Source of the DNA: Escherichia phage vB_EcoM-G28
DNA length: 64,000 nucleotides
Reading direction: 5' to 3' (one strand)
Sequence record: NC_054916.1
In this document: positions 39,738-50,258 of the stretch, piece after piece
Layout: each line of letters opens with the position of its first letter
Position numbering within the stretch: position 1 is the first letter of the stretch
The notes under the pieces: generated by a model
The model's database searches: none
Told to the model about the DNA's origin: nothing
What the model saw: the letters and a program-made list of their open reading frames with translations, nothing else
Program-made: the position numbers and the translations under genes

Positions 39738-39944
39738 TCATAACTGCCACCATTTTTTGACTTGATAAGAATCAACCCACACTTTCATATTAGGGTCTGC
39801 TCTTACAATAGGAGGATTAACTTCTTTAATTGAACTATCATGGTATTCTTTTTCAGAAATTTTCACACAAAGATGACCATTCAAAGATTCAGTAAATCCT
39901 GCATTAATTTTAAGACGCTTGAATTTTACGTGTGTAAGCATCAA
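39738..39944 (-). CDS. hypothetical protein
   Basis: 68-aa ORF. Confidence 0.35.
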   Translation of the reverse strand: MMLTHVKFKRLKINAGFTESLNGHLCVKISEKEYHDSSIKEVNPPIVRADPNMKVWVDSYQVKKWWQL

Positions 39945-40227
39945 TCATATCCTCAATCTGCGATCTAGTAGTCTTCCAAAGAATACTGATGAGTTCATCG
40001 TTATATGGCTGTTTTAGAATATCCCGACTTTTCTTGATAGCATATTCGTATTGAGCAAAATTATTATTTTCAGCTGCAATCTGAGCGTGCTTATAAAGAC
40101 GATTCAGTTCGCGTTTGTTTTTAGACAATAACTTATTTGCTTTTCTTTCTGCTTCAAGACGGTTCTTTTCTTCAATAGAAGAAATAAGCTTTTCCACTTC
40201 ATCATTAATTTCGGGTTTATCAGTCAT
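39910..40227 (-). CDS. hypothetical protein
   Basis: 105-aa ORF. Confidence 0.4.
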   Translation of the reverse strand: MTDKPEINDEVEKLISSIEEKNRLEAERKANKLLSKNKRELNRLYKHAQIAAENNNFAQYEYAIKKSRDILKQPYNDELISILWKTTRSQIEDMIDAYTRKIQAS

Positions 40228-40228
40228 A

Positions 40229-40447
40229 TTATTTCTCTAATATAAAATAAAAATCATCATCTGTTAAATGATACCGATAATTTAATTCTACACCATTAGA
40301 TTTAAAAGCGGTATCATACGGATTTTCTGGATCAATATCAATGTCAAGAGCTAAAACTTCCCTGAGATACATTTTAAGTAAATAGGGAATAGCTTCAACT
40401 TCAGGTATTTCTTCCAAGAATCCGGAGAGGTTAATCGTTAGCCTCAT
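40229..40447 (-). CDS. hypothetical protein
   Basis: 72-aa ORF. Confidence 0.4.
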
Positions 40448-40988
40448 ATAAAAAATCCAAACTAGGAGAATCGTCTACAACACTTTTCTTTTCAGCCCCC
40501 GGTGTTCTATAGGTTGATTCTTCGTAATGCGTCATTTTATCGTAGATGTCTTGAATAAAAGTTTCATCTACTAACGCAACCATATCGTCGTCACGGCTGT
40601 CATAGACATTGTGAACGAAGTAACTATATTTCTTTGCAACTTCCTTACGTTCTTTTTTAATACGTTGGACGAATGCATTAAAACAAGCTTGAGTTATATA
40701 CGCATGTGGGTTTTTATATTTCGTTTCATCAAAATTATGAAGCCCCTTAATAGAAGCTTCTATACCATCTGCAATCATTTCTTGTTTCCAAGACTGGGTG
40801 TATCCTGAAAAGTTGAAACGTTTAGATAAGCCTTCTGCAATAAGCATAATGGCTAATCCGATAGTATCATTTTGACGAACTACTTTATTTGGGTCTTTAT
40901 TATTTGCTAATTCTGTTTTCCAATCAATAATAGCTTGTAAAAGCTCTTTATTGTTTACGTAATTATATTTAGGCTTAGTTTCTGACAT
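40431..40988 (-). CDS. 55: late-transcription sigma factor gp55
   Basis: 185 aa from ATG at 40986-40988; size/position and recalled T4 gp55 N-terminus [10 protein letters not shown]. Confidence 0.8.
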
Positions 40989-41066
40989 TTTCACCTCTTA
41001 GCTCAATTCATAGATCTATTATATCATAATATTTGAAGATCTATCTTAAAGCACAGAGGATATCAG

Positions 41067-41336
41067 TTATCTAAGTAAACAGTATGCTTGGAACACTTTC
41101 TCCATCATCTTTTTAAATTCATGAATATCTATATAATGACTAGTTAAATCAGCATGATATAAAAAGTCTAAAAACTTTTCATGTGTGCTAACATATTCAC
41201 TTTCATTTAATTCAGAAACATGACTTTCCCAATATCCAACACCAGTCTTATTTGGGAAAAATGAAATTTTCATATATTGGTCAACATAGAAAATGCCATA
41301 ATTTTCAATAGTAATAGAAATATTAATAAATTTCAT
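41067..41336 (-). CDS. hypothetical protein
   Basis: 89-aa ORF. Confidence 0.4.
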   Translation of the reverse strand: MKFINISITIENYGIFYVDQYMKISFFPNKTGVGYWESHVSELNESEYVSTHEKFLDFLYHADLTSHYIDIHEFKKMMEKVFQAYCLLR

Positions 41337-41554
41337 ACATTCATCAACTTAGCCGCTTCGAGAGCTGCATCTAGTGAATCAAATTGGTCAACATATTCAA
41401 TCAATTCGCCGTAATTAGCATATAACCACCATTGGCTAAATTCATACTCAAGGATGAATCCGTTTCCTTCAATTTGAGTTAAACCAATGCCATTTGTATT
41501 TACTTCATACCCAGCAAGACGCAAATCGTTAATAAGAGCTTCGTTCATATTCAT
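41333..41554 (-). CDS. hypothetical protein
   Basis: 73-aa ORF. Confidence 0.4.
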   Translation of the reverse strand: MNMNEALINDLRLAGYEVNTNGIGLTQIEGNGFILEYEFSQWWLYANYGELIEYVDQFDSLDAALEAAKLMNV

Positions 41555-41877
41555 ACCTTAGTAATTTTCAGGTCTGCAAATTTTTTCTTGCGTTGATTTT
41601 TCATACGACGAATAGTCTTATCGGAAATTTCACGCTTTTGATAAGCTTTAGATTCTACACCGAAAGCTTTAACATCAAATTCTGACAAGATATATTGAAC
41701 CAACAATTCACGGACAGTATTGCGTCCAATCTTCTGATCATTCTGTTTCATCGTCTGATGAAGCTCTTTTTCCCATTTATCCAAAATTTGAGGAGTTACA
41801 ATATCGCCTTTTTCTAACAAAGAAACTACTTTATCATATGCGTAAGAATTGATGGCGTTTTTAATTTGAATAGTCAT
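41551..41877 (-). CDS. hypothetical protein
   Basis: 108-aa ORF. Confidence 0.45.
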   Translation of the reverse strand: MTIQIKNAINSYAYDKVVSLLEKGDIVTPQILDKWEKELHQTMKQNDQKIGRNTVRELLVQYILSEFDVKAFGVESKAYQKREISDKTIRRMKNQRKKKFADLKITKV

Positions 41878-41916
41878 ACATTATCCTCAATTACGTTAAA
41901 ATTTTATTATCCAAAA

Positions 41917-41930
41917 AGGGCCGAAGCCCT
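41917..41930 (-). terminator. rho-independent terminator
   Basis: AGGGC-CGAA-GCCCT hairpin followed by TTTTTGGATAAT on minus strand. Confidence 0.6.
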
Positions 41931-42130
41931 TAGCTAAACTTTTTGGCACCCTTCCAGCCTTCATACATCATTGCGGCTGATATTAATATTGCTCCTGAGC
42001 AACTTGAATATTTGTGGTTCCAAAACCAATTCAGAAAAACTTCGTCGTCAATACCTTGGGCTATCATATTTTCAAAGAATTGACGACGAGCTTCGGCAAT
42101 TCGCTGTGATAATTTAGATTCAGGATTCAT
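41930..42130 (-). CDS. hypothetical protein
   Basis: 66-aa ORF. Confidence 0.4.
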   Translation of the reverse strand: MNPESKLSQRIAEARRQFFENMIAQGIDDEVFLNWFWNHKYSSCSGAILISAAMMYEGWKGAKKFS

Positions 42131-42272
42131 TTAAATTTCCCACCAATTGCCATTTTCATCAATGAATTTAATCCAGTCATTTACTGACCACTTGGTCGTA
42201 TCACCTTTTGGAGCAACATTTAAAGTATATAATCCTTGTTTAAAAAGCATGCGTTTGATATTCATATTTTCC

Positions 42273-42566
42273 TCAGCTGTAACGATAACACTCGTTTGAT
42301 TTGCGCTTAGCAACTCGTTGAGAAGTATTATAATCAAAATCATCATCAATGTAAACTGATTTTTTCAACTTTCTTACTTCACCACGTAATTGGCGATTTA
42401 GCTCATCTTTAACTTCTGAGTCAATGCCTTTCATTCTACGCCATTTATCTGAGCGAAAAATGTTTTCAACCATATCTTTATGACTTACACCATCAGGAGC
42501 TTTACGCTTTCCGAAATAGTCATAATCACGAACTTTTAAGTCTTTACGACGATACGTTTTACCCAT
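42273..42566 (-). CDS. hypothetical basic protein
   Basis: 97 aa from ATG at 42564-42566, overlapping upstream small ORF stop. Confidence 0.4.
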   Translation of the reverse strand: MGKTYRRKDLKVRDYDYFGKRKAPDGVSHKDMVENIFRSDKWRRMKGIDSEVKDELNRQLRGEVRKLKKSVYIDDDFDYNTSQRVAKRKSNECYRYS

Positions 42567-42735
42567 TGAGTTTAATTTCCTTAGCAACTGAACTAAATAC
42601 AGCACGATCGCAAATCATCTGTTTATTCCATTTAAGTACAGTATAATGAACATCTAGATCATCTACTGCTGTAACAATAACAATATGTCCGTTAACACGA
42701 TAATACTGATCTCTTTTAATCTCTTTATCAACCAT
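42559..42735 (-). CDS. hypothetical small protein (58 aa; not in ORF track)
   Basis: ATG at 42733-42735 with GAGGA RBS; first gene after promoter 42766-42795. Confidence 0.4.
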   Translation of the reverse strand: MVDKEIKRDQYYRVNGHIVIVTAVDDLDVHYTVLKWNKQMICDRAVFSSVAKEIKLNG

Positions 42736-42765
42736 ATCAAATCCTCAAAGGCAATTCATATGTTA

Positions 42766-42795
42766 ATAATACCACAGTTTGAACTTCTTGTAAAC
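42766..42795 (-). promoter_or_regulatory. early promoter, GTTTAC-N18-TATTAT
   Basis: plus-strand ataata 42766-42771 and gtaaac 42790-42795. Confidence 0.55.
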
Positions 42796-42892
42796 AACTT
42801 TGTGAAATTATTTTAAGGAATGATAAGAAGGGAACGATAGCTTAGAATGGTAATATACAGAATGTGAGAAAGAAAGGCCCAGAGGGCCCGTC

Positions 42893-43201
42893 TTAGTCTT
42901 CTATGATATCTCTATCATATCCAAGTGAAATGAGAGTTTCTTTGAAGTGTTTAATGTTCTTTTGTCTAGAATCATTAATGAAAATGACTGGATAACGAAT
43001 GTTAAGAGATGTGAATCCAGCTCGTTTAGCAAGAGATACAATCAGTGGACGATCATACTCAATCTTACCATTATTTGTAAGAACTTTATAGAAAGTAAAA
43101 GGAGCATTGAGCTCCTTTAGAAGTTTTGTAACTGATTGACATCCAGGACAACGACCTACTTCATCTGGAATTCCATAGACTTCAATCTTATTTTGTTTCA
43201 C
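42893..43201 (-). CDS. nrdH: NrdH-like glutaredoxin
   Basis: 102-aa ORF; CPGC redox motif; AAGGA RBS, apparent GTG start. Confidence 0.8.
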   Translation of the reverse strand: MKQNKIEVYGIPDEVGRCPGCQSVTKLLKELNAPFTFYKVLTNNGKIEYDRPLIVSLAKRAGFTSLNIRYPVIFINDSRQKNIKHFKETLISLGYDRDIIED

Positions 43202-43203
43202 AA

Positions 43204-43440
43204 CTATTCCTTACTAAGAGCAGCATTCAGCTTGTTAGTAATTTTATCCAGACGCTCATTGAACTCACTAGAAGATAAGCCCTTTTCTGGAGAAATTAAA
43301 CTAATAACGAAAAATACAACAATAAAAGGAATAAGAAAAATAGCTCCAACTGCCATAAACAGAAAGAATGTTACAGTTGTAAGAAAATCAGCTAAACCTT
43401 TACGAAATTTATACATATTTACCCTTAATTTATTAACCAA
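43204..43440 (-). CDS. hypothetical membrane protein
   Basis: 78-aa ORF with central hydrophobic segment. Confidence 0.45.
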   Translation of the reverse strand: MVNKLRVNMYKFRKGLADFLTTVTFFLFMAVGAIFLIPFIVVFFVISLISPEKGLSSSEFNERLDKITNKLNAALSKE

Positions 43441-43530
43441 GCATTGATAAGTACTAAACTATACTGCGAATAAAATTCTGGACCAAAATGAAAAATCATA
43501 TCATTTATAGTATCAATAATATAATTCAGT

Positions 43531-44001
43531 TTAATCATGTTTCCACACCCCATCGGTATTTGACCAAAGTCGCTGATTATCTGAACCTCGCCACAGCTTT
43601 TTGGTCGGAAGATTTTTCTCATACTTCCCATCAATAATAACATCAACATATTTAAGCATTTCTAGTTGTTTAATATCTTCAAACTTATATCCTGTCCACA
43701 ACCAAATGCTTTTATTGGGATAAAGATTTTTAATAGTTTGAACCACAGAGTGAATCACGTCTCTGTTATCAGGATAAAGAGGGTCTCCTCCAGTTATAGT
43801 TAATCCTTCTATATAATCATTATTCAAACATTCAATTAATTGCTCTAGTGTTTCACCAGTGAATGGAATGCCATTTCTAGCATTCCATGTTGATTTATTA
43901 TAACACCCTTCACATTTATGCAAACAACCTGTAACGAAAAGAACGACCCTGCAACCAGGGCCATTCACAAAATCGCAAGGATAAAATCTATCATAATTCA
44001 T
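43531..44001 (-). CDS. nrdG: anaerobic ribonucleotide reductase activating enzyme (radical SAM)
   Basis: 156-aa ORF; CLHKCEGCYN (C-x3-C-x2-C) cluster. Confidence 0.9.
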   Translation of the reverse strand: MNYDRFYPCDFVNGPGCRVVLFVTGCLHKCEGCYNKSTWNARNGIPFTGETLEQLIECLNNDYIEGLTITGGDPLYPDNRDVIHSVVQTIKNLYPNKSIWLWTGYKFEDIKQLEMLKYVDVIIDGKYEKNLPTKKLWRGSDNQRLWSNTDGVWKHD

Positions 44002-45815
44002 TGGTGTTTAACCCTATGCATGATTTCTTTATTTTTACCGAGATTAAATCCGCGTTCGTTCGGATTTCCCAAATAACCACATGTTCTTCTTATTGTGTTC
44101 ATCTTTTTAGGATCAGTTTCTCCACAAATAGAACAAACAAATCCGCTTTCAGTAGGAGTCATTTCATGGGTACTTCCGCATGTAAAACATTTATCTACCG
44201 GCATGTTAACACCAAAATAATCTAAATGTTGTGCAGCATAATCCCATACGGCCTCAAGACCCTTTAAGTTATTTTTCATATCAGGAAGTTCAACATAAGA
44301 AATGTGACCACCTGTCGCAATGAAATGATATGGTGCTTCACGAGAAATCTTTTCAAACGGAGTAATATTTTCTTCTACTGAAACATGGAAACTGTTAGTG
44401 TACCAGCCTTTATCTGTAACATCTTTTACGCTTCCATATTTTTCTGTATCGAGTTTACAGAAGCGATAACAAAGGTTTTCAGCAGGAGTCGAATATAAAC
44501 TAAAAGCAAAACCGGTTCTTTGAGTCCACTGCTTAAGATGAGCATTCATTTTAGTTAAAATTTCTTGTCCAATATCACGACCGACAAGAATATTCAATTC
44601 GTGAATACCAATGTATCCTAAAGACACTGAACTTCTACCGTTTTTAAATAACTCAATTATGTCGTCATCAGGTTTAAGACGAACCCCGAATGCACCTTCT
44701 TGGTAAAGAATAGGAGCAACAGTCGCTTTAACTCCTTTTAAGGAACTAATTCTACACATCAAAGCTTCAAAACATAAATCCATTCGTTCATTGAATAATT
44801 CGATAAATTTCTGTTCATTGAACTGTGTTCCAATATAAGAATCTAACGCGATGCGAGGAAGATTTAATGTTACAACACCGAGATTATTACGTCCATCAAG
44901 AATTTCATTACCGGTTGAATCTTTCCACACACTCAAGAAACTACGACAACCCATTGGAGAAACAGGAATAGATGAGCCGGTGATAGCTTTATTGTTCTTA
45001 GCTGAAATAATATCAGGATACATTCTTTTGCTTGCGCACTCTAGAGCAAGCTGTTTAATATCATAGTTCGGATCGTCTTTATAAAGATTAACACCTTCTT
45101 CAACGAACATAACAAGTTTAGGGAAAATAGGAGTTATCCCATCACGACCAAGACCTTTAATACGATTTTTCAGAATTGCTTTCTGAATCATTCGTTCAGT
45201 CCAGTCAGTTCCTGTACCAAATGTAATTGTTACAAAAGGTGTTTGTCCGTTTGAACTAAAGAGAGTATTTACTTCATATTCATAAGCTTGGAATGCATCG
45301 TATACATCTTTTTCTGTTTTAGATTGAGCATAATTCAACGCATCAGCGATTTGCCATTTTTCTGCATCCTCAATATGTTTTGCATAGGTGCGTTTAACAT
45401 AAGGAGAAAGTACTTTATCTACATTCGCAAAAGTCGTTCCGCCGTATTGGTGAGAAGCAACTTGCGCAGTAATTTGTGCCATAATTGCAGTAGCAACTCC
45501 AATTGATTTAGGAGTTTCAATCTGCGCATTACCTAGCTTAAATCCGTTTTCAAGCATTCCTTTTAAATCTACTAAACAGCAATTAGTAAATGGAAGAGCA
45601 GGGGAATAATCAATATCATGGAAATGAATAATTCCGCTTTCATGCGCTTTCATAATAAAAGACGGGACCATATTTTTGGCAATGTGTTTAGACACAATAC
45701 CAGCCATAAGGTCCCGTTGAGTTGGAAAAACACGAGAATCTTTATTAGCATTCTCGTTTAAAAGGTCTTTATTAGTTTTATGAATCAATCCTTCAATTTC
45801 TTTTTCAATTGTCAT
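43998..45815 (-). CDS. nrdD: anaerobic ribonucleoside-triphosphate reductase (glycyl radical enzyme), intron-less
   Basis: 605-aa continuous ORF; C-terminal zinc ribbon CFTCGSTHE...CSICG and glycyl-radical motif RRTCGYLG. Confidence 0.9.
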   Translation of the reverse strand: MTIEKEIEGLIHKTNKDLLNENANKDSRVFPTQRDLMAGIVSKHIAKNMVPSFIMKAHESGIIHFHDIDYSPALPFTNCCLVDLKGMLENGFKLGNAQIETPKSIGVATAIMAQITAQVASHQYGGTTFANVDKVLSPYVKRTYAKHIEDAEKWQIADALNYAQSKTEKDVYDAFQAYEYEVNTLFSSNGQTPFVTITFGTGTDWTERMIQKAILKNRIKGLGRDGITPIFPKLVMFVEEGVNLYKDDPNYDIKQLALECASKRMYPDIISAKNNKAITGSSIPVSPMGCRSFLSVWKDSTGNEILDGRNNLGVVTLNLPRIALDSYIGTQFNEQKFIELFNERMDLCFEALMCRISSLKGVKATVAPILYQEGAFGVRLKPDDDIIELFKNGRSSVSLGYIGIHELNILVGRDIGQEILTKMNAHLKQWTQRTGFAFSLYSTPAENLCYRFCKLDTEKYGSVKDVTDKGWYTNSFHVSVEENITPFEKISREAPYHFIATGGHISYVELPDMKNNLKGLEAVWDYAAQHLDYFGVNMPVDKCFTCGSTHEMTPTESGFVCSICGETDPKKMNTIRRTCGYLGNPNERGFNLGKNKEIMHRVKHQ

Positions 45816-46285
45816 TTTAAACTCTTTCTAAGCTGCTTCTTAAATGAAGCTATTAACTGTGTTTTGGTGTCAGATTCATTATATTCAAATCCTCTTTGAA
45901 GCATCTCGGCCATCATTTCCTCTTTTCCTAAACGAGAAAATTCCTTTGATTTATCTCCAACAAAGTTAGGGTGAATATTATTTTGGGTGTAATCGGATTT
46001 TAAATAAGTAAGTAAATTTTCTAACCATTCAAGATAATCAACACCTTGTCCCTTTAAGCCAGAACGATTAAATTTATGCTTCATTTGACCTTCTGCGGCA
46101 TTGCAGAGATTACAAAGCAATCCACGTACCTTTCCAGCTTTCGGTCCGTTTAATTCATGGTCATGGTCGAGGTGATTAGCTTGAACATCAGGATTTAGTT
46201 CTCGTTGGCAAATTAAGCATTTACCGTTTTGCGCATCATAAAATTTCTGTTTTTCTTCTTTATATAATTTGCCAGTCAATAACAT
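45812..46285 (-). CDS. 49: endonuclease VII (Holliday junction resolvase), gene 49
   Basis: 157-aa ORF; zinc-binding CLICQ...HDH...CNLCN. Confidence 0.8.
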   Translation of the reverse strand: MLLTGKLYKEEKQKFYDAQNGKCLICQRELNPDVQANHLDHDHELNGPKAGKVRGLLCNLCNAAEGQMKHKFNRSGLKGQGVDYLEWLENLLTYLKSDYTQNNIHPNFVGDKSKEFSRLGKEEMMAEMLQRGFEYNESDTKTQLIASFKKQLRKSLK

Positions 46286-46326
46286 AATAAACCCTTACCT
46301 TAAATAGATAAGGGTATTTATTATTT

Positions 46327-46812
46327 TCAAGTATTGTAAAACATTTGATGCAATCGCTTATATTGCCGAATCTTTTGGTCAGAAAAATAAATTTGATTTT
46401 CAAGCCATTCAATGTATTCTGCGGCAGCTTGCATCAGGTTACCTTCATAGCCATCGTTATTTTCTTGTGCAGCTAATTTAGCTAATGCGTATGAAATACG
46501 TTCACCTTGAAAATCGGCTTTAGGCTTCTGAACAACTTGATTAGTTCGCTCTACAACTTCTTCAATTTCGCCATTTTCGACTGATTCAGTATTCCACAAG
46601 CACCAATACGTAATTGGCTTATCGTAGATGTTAATAATTTTTCCATCAGAAAGTTCAATTTCAATAATTCCAGTGTCAGGCTCTATATCATCTTCACATT
46701 CTTTTGCAAGTTCACGAACTTTAAAGACAGTACCTGCACTAAGTTCCGGCCAGTAATTACACAGCCCTGTATCAGCACGATTAATTCTAAACCACTTATC
46801 TACTGTAATCAT
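46327..46812 (-). CDS. hypothetical protein (size/position of T4 pin protease inhibitor)
   Basis: 161 aa from ATG at 46810-46812. Confidence 0.45.
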   Translation of the reverse strand: MITVDKWFRINRADTGLCNYWPELSAGTVFKVRELAKECEDDIEPDTGIIEIELSDGKIINIYDKPITYWCLWNTESVENGEIEEVVERTNQVVQKPKADFQGERISYALAKLAAQENNDGYEGNLMQAAAEYIEWLENQIYFSDQKIRQYKRLHQMFYNT

Positions 46813-46902
46813 GTCCCATCTCCATATCAATTAAGTCATTTATCGTTGGTTCATTATATACTGTTTCTTCATCAGTGTAAACCGGTTCTTCCGGCTCTGG
46901 CT

Positions 46903-47106
46903 CTACAGTTTCCCATCTAGCCGCCCACCAAGGTTTAACCCCCGAAGCTTATTAAGTTCTTCATCATCAATCCAGGATTCTAGTCCTGATGGCAGGTCAC
47001 ATTCAATTTCCCAAAGAAGTTCTTCAATTTTCTGAAGACGATCTAGTTCTTCGGCTGGAATAGTAACCATTGACGGAGCTCGTGATACATTAATATCGTA
47101 AATCAT
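46903..47106 (-). CDS. hypothetical protein
   Basis: 67-aa ORF. Confidence 0.35.
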   Translation of the reverse strand: MIYDINVSRAPSMVTIPAEELDRLQKIEELLWEIECDLPSGLESWIDDEELNKLRGLNLGGRLDGKL

Positions 47107-47108
47107 AT

Positions 47109-47324
47109 TTACCCCAATTTAACCATACAATCGCCGTATTTCCACTTAGAAATAGACTTTTCACCATTAGAATAATAAACTTCGAGTTTAGCACGATTAT
47201 TTTTAATTTGAATAACCTTGGCTGTCATCAAAGTTCCATACCCATAATAAACTGCAACTTCATCACCTACATATACCGCGCTTCCGCGGTAATCATGAAT
47301 ATAGTCAGTTCCTTCGAGCATCAT
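47109..47324 (-). CDS. hypothetical protein
   Basis: 71-aa ORF. Confidence 0.4.
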   Translation of the reverse strand: MMLEGTDYIHDYRGSAVYVGDEVAVYYGYGTLMTAKVIQIKNNRAKLEVYYSNGEKSISKWKYGDCMVKLG

Positions 47325-47584
47325 TTAAAATATTCTCGCAGTTGGTCAAATCCACCAATATGACTTCCATCAGGAGCAAATACCTGGGGCATTGTCAAGC
47401 CGATTTGAGTATCACGACCTAGTTTAGTCAGAAGCTCAGCGATTTTCTCATCATCAAAAACACCTTTTTCCGGCATAATGTTGATAAATTCAAACGGCTG
47501 TTTCTTCACGGTCAAAAGACGTTTTGCATTATCGCAATACACACATTTATGAATGTTGCTATCATAACCATATACTTTAAACAT
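47321..47584 (-). CDS. nrdC: phage thioredoxin/glutaredoxin NrdC
   Basis: 87-aa ORF; CVYC active site. Confidence 0.85.
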   Translation of the reverse strand: MFKVYGYDSNIHKCVYCDNAKRLLTVKKQPFEFINIMPEKGVFDDEKIAELLTKLGRDTQIGLTMPQVFAPDGSHIGGFDQLREYFK

Positions 47585-47585
47585 A

Positions 47586-47828
47586 TTATTCCTTAATTCC
47601 TAGTACTTGTTTAAAAGTCTCGTCGTAATCAAGACTTTGGCCCGTTTGTTCTTTATGTTTGTATATAATATCACTTACTTCTGATAGCATATTTTTATAT
47701 GAACGAGTTAAAGCAGATTTAAGCACGCTGTATCTATCAGGAAATTTACCATGTTCATTATAATAAGCTATTGCTAATTCACGGACTGCCTTTTCAGCAG
47801 CCTCCATATATTCTTTACGCTTGGTCAT
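47586..47828 (-). CDS. hypothetical protein (nrdC.1 position)
   Basis: 80-aa ORF. Confidence 0.45.
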   Translation of the reverse strand: MTKRKEYMEAAEKAVRELAIAYYNEHGKFPDRYSVLKSALTRSYKNMLSEVSDIIYKHKEQTGQSLDYDETFKQVLGIKE

Positions 47829-47830
47829 TT

Positions 47831-48220
47831 TTAATCCAAAATATTATTAGGCATTGGTTGAACACTCACAAGTTCTTTAAAGAACTCAGTAGAGTCAGGT
47901 AATTTAACCATTTCCGGAGCATGCTTACTGAATTTATGTTTACATTGACGGCATTTATATTCAAGCTCTGGTTTACGCCAGTTAATCAACTGAACTTGTT
48001 CAGTACCGCATTCAGGGCAATTAGGAACGTTTTTAGAAGCTCTTTCACGTCGTTCAACCATAGCCATAATAGCATCCCATGCTGGAGGTTTAAAATCTAA
48101 ATCGTCGCAGCCGTGAATCTTTCCACGCATTTCCATATCATCTTCCTCACCAGCCATAATAATTTTAATTAAACTGGAATTACTTGAAGCTGCAATGTCT
48201 TCTAATAAACGCTTTTTCAT
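47831..48220 (-). CDS. hypothetical zinc-ribbon protein (nrdC.2 position)
   Basis: 129-aa ORF; CPECG...CRQCKH. Confidence 0.45.
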   Translation of the reverse strand: MKKRLLEDIAASSNSSLIKIIMAGEEDDMEMRGKIHGCDDLDFKPPAWDAIMAMVERRERASKNVPNCPECGTEQVQLINWRKPELEYKCRQCKHKFSKHAPEMVKLPDSTEFFKELVSVQPMPNNILD

Positions 48221-49146
48221 TTCAATACCTCAATAGCATTACGTAAACCATTTGCTTTTGCATTAAGAGCTTTTAACAATTTGGTGTGTTCTGCAATTTG
48301 GGCTTCAACTTCAATCAAACGGGCATTGAGATATTCACGTTCTTCACTCAGATTATCAACCTTTTCTACTTTAGGCTCTTTTACAACTGTCTTATATGTA
48401 TTAGGGTTCTTCAGTTTAATTAGAATGCGTGAACTGTATAACATTGAACCATTATCTTCGGTTTCGTCATACATTTCCACTACGTCCATAATTTTTAACA
48501 TCATGCGGAGTTTATAAGACAACGAACGAATAGTTTTGTTGTGCTTATTAATTTCTTTAGCTGTCATGGTGCCAAGATTACGTGAGTAATAATAAGGAAC
48601 CTGGATATTAATTAATACTGATGAACCACCTGGCTTGTGTGTTACTTCATCAGCAATAACCCAGTCCTTAACATGAACTGTATTTGTACGGTCATCGCCC
48701 GCGGTAAATAGTTTGCGAGCATGCTTAAAAAGCATATTCACTTGGTCATTGAATTGACAAGCAAATTTATCAGCAAATTTAGTTTCAGGAATGGTAGAAA
48801 ACCAATCAGCCAAATAAGTCTTTTTAACATCATTAACAATAGTAAATTCAACCAAATCGGTTATAGATGTCTCAGATTTAATGAAGCTCGGCTTCATAAA
48901 GTTTTTAATGTTCTCATGAGCTACAGTAGAAGATAACATACGAGAACGTTTAAACCATTCAAGCAAATTGCCTAACGAATGAGAATAAGCGTTTTGAGTA
49001 TCTTTACAGATATGATTTTCCTGACCAACATATTGAAGGAAATCACGAAGAATATTATTGATTATTGCTCTGTGTCCTATCTGATAATTACGGTGTTTAG
49101 TAATAAGACTATCAAAATAATCAATATAATGTTTACGAGTTTTCAT
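48217..49146 (-). CDS. hypothetical protein with C-terminal coiled coil (nrdC.3 position)
   Basis: 309-aa ORF; C-terminal heptad-like [33 protein letters not shown]. Confidence 0.5.
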   Translation of the reverse strand: MKTRKHYIDYFDSLITKHRNYQIGHRAIINNILRDFLQYVGQENHICKDTQNAYSHSLGNLLEWFKRSRMLSSTVAHENIKNFMKPSFIKSETSITDLVEFTIVNDVKKTYLADWFSTIPETKFADKFACQFNDQVNMLFKHARKLFTAGDDRTNTVHVKDWVIADEVTHKPGGSSVLINIQVPYYYSRNLGTMTAKEINKHNKTIRSLSYKLRMMLKIMDVVEMYDETEDNGSMLYSSRILIKLKNPNTYKTVVKEPKVEKVDNLSEEREYLNARLIEVEAQIAEHTKLLKALNAKANGLRNAIEVLK

Positions 49147-49198
49147 ATTCTTCTCACTTGGTTAATGGTTTATACTCCGAGCCATCCTTGGCTTTAAA

Positions 49199-50200
49199 TT
49201 ACTTAATTAACTGTAAAGCTTGTTCAAGACGATCAAGACGATTAACAGATTCTTCCCAAATCCTTTTAGCCTGCTCATATTCTTTCTGCGCTTTATTAGA
49301 AATTTCTAGAGCTTCTTTATAAGCTTTTTCTAATGCAATAACTTCTGGACGAATTTCTACCGATTTAGGCGAATCATCAAGATTATCCATTAGTTCCTCA
49401 AGTGTAGTTTCTTCTTTAGGAGTATTCACAATTTCTTCACATTTTTGTTGGTAAATTTCTTTATCAGTCGGTGAGTACGCACATTTTACTTCACGAAGGC
49501 TAATTACAATTTTATATCCTTCCCAACCGCATATATTCTTAAAAGGATAAGTATGAATATTTTCTACTGTTTCCATACAGCCCAAAACCGCCTCTAATTG
49601 ATAAGTTATAGTGCTAGCAATTGAGAAAAATTTATTAATATTCTTTTGGTTAGCGTTTGGTGTAAAAAATCCATAATTCACAAAAATAGCTACTTTATTT
49701 TCATCAAGCTCATATTCTTTTACGATAATCATATCAGAAGCCAAAGGATGAATTTGACGATAATCGCCATAACATAATTTAGAAGCTGATTTTAGAATTT
49801 GTCCTTTGAAAAGTCTGAAATTACTAATCCAACGACGAGTAAAAATATTCTCAGGGTCTTCTTTATTATTAAGATGATAAGAATTAACATCACCGAACCA
49901 ATTATATCCTACTACATCTTTAGTTCGTTTAATTTCTTTCCCAAATTTACTAAGAATATCTCTGTTGACTAAGTATGAAAGAAGACGAGACCCTTTAAAG
50001 GTTTTCTTAATGTCATCTTTATCTGTACGACTAGAAATTTCACGAACTTCATGAATAAATTTGCCGGAAGAAACAATACTTGCATCAGTATTATTGAGCC
50101 ATTGATTGATAATAGAAATCACACTATTCTTACTAGACATAGGTTTAACTTTATCATCAATAACGCTGTTGAACGATTTAATATATTCGTTGCGAGTCAT
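49199..50200 (-). CDS. hypothetical protein with C-terminal coiled coil (nrdC.4 position)
   Basis: 333 aa from ATG at 50198-50200 (GAGGAG RBS); track start lies inside the promoter -10. Confidence 0.5.
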   Translation of the reverse strand: MTRNEYIKSFNSVIDDKVKPMSSKNSVISIINQWLNNTDASIVSSGKFIHEVREISSRTDKDDIKKTFKGSRLLSYLVNRDILSKFGKEIKRTKDVVGYNWFGDVNSYHLNNKEDPENIFTRRWISNFRLFKGQILKSASKLCYGDYRQIHPLASDMIIVKEYELDENKVAIFVNYGFFTPNANQKNINKFFSIASTITYQLEAVLGCMETVENIHTYPFKNICGWEGYKIVISLREVKCAYSPTDKEIYQQKCEEIVNTPKEETTLEELMDNLDDSPKSVEIRPEVIALEKAYKEALEISNKAQKEYEQAKRIWEESVNRLDRLEQALQLIK

Positions 50201-50228
50201 ATTAATCTCCTCAGTAGAAAGTAAGAAC

Positions 50229-50258
50229 ATTATACCACATCCTTGTGGCGAAGTAAAC
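50229..50258 (-). promoter_or_regulatory. early promoter GTTTAC-N18-TATAAT, near-identical copy of promoter at 2418-2447
   Basis: plus-strand attataccacatccttgtggcgaagtaaac vs attataccacatccttgtggtaaagtaaac at 2418-2447. Confidence 0.6.

Noticed and set aside
43998-45815. Looked for a group I intron or inserted endonuclease in nrdD, as in T4
   Set aside because: nrdD is a continuous 605-aa frame with glycyl-radical and zinc-ribbon motifs in place; nrdG abuts it directly. No intron here.
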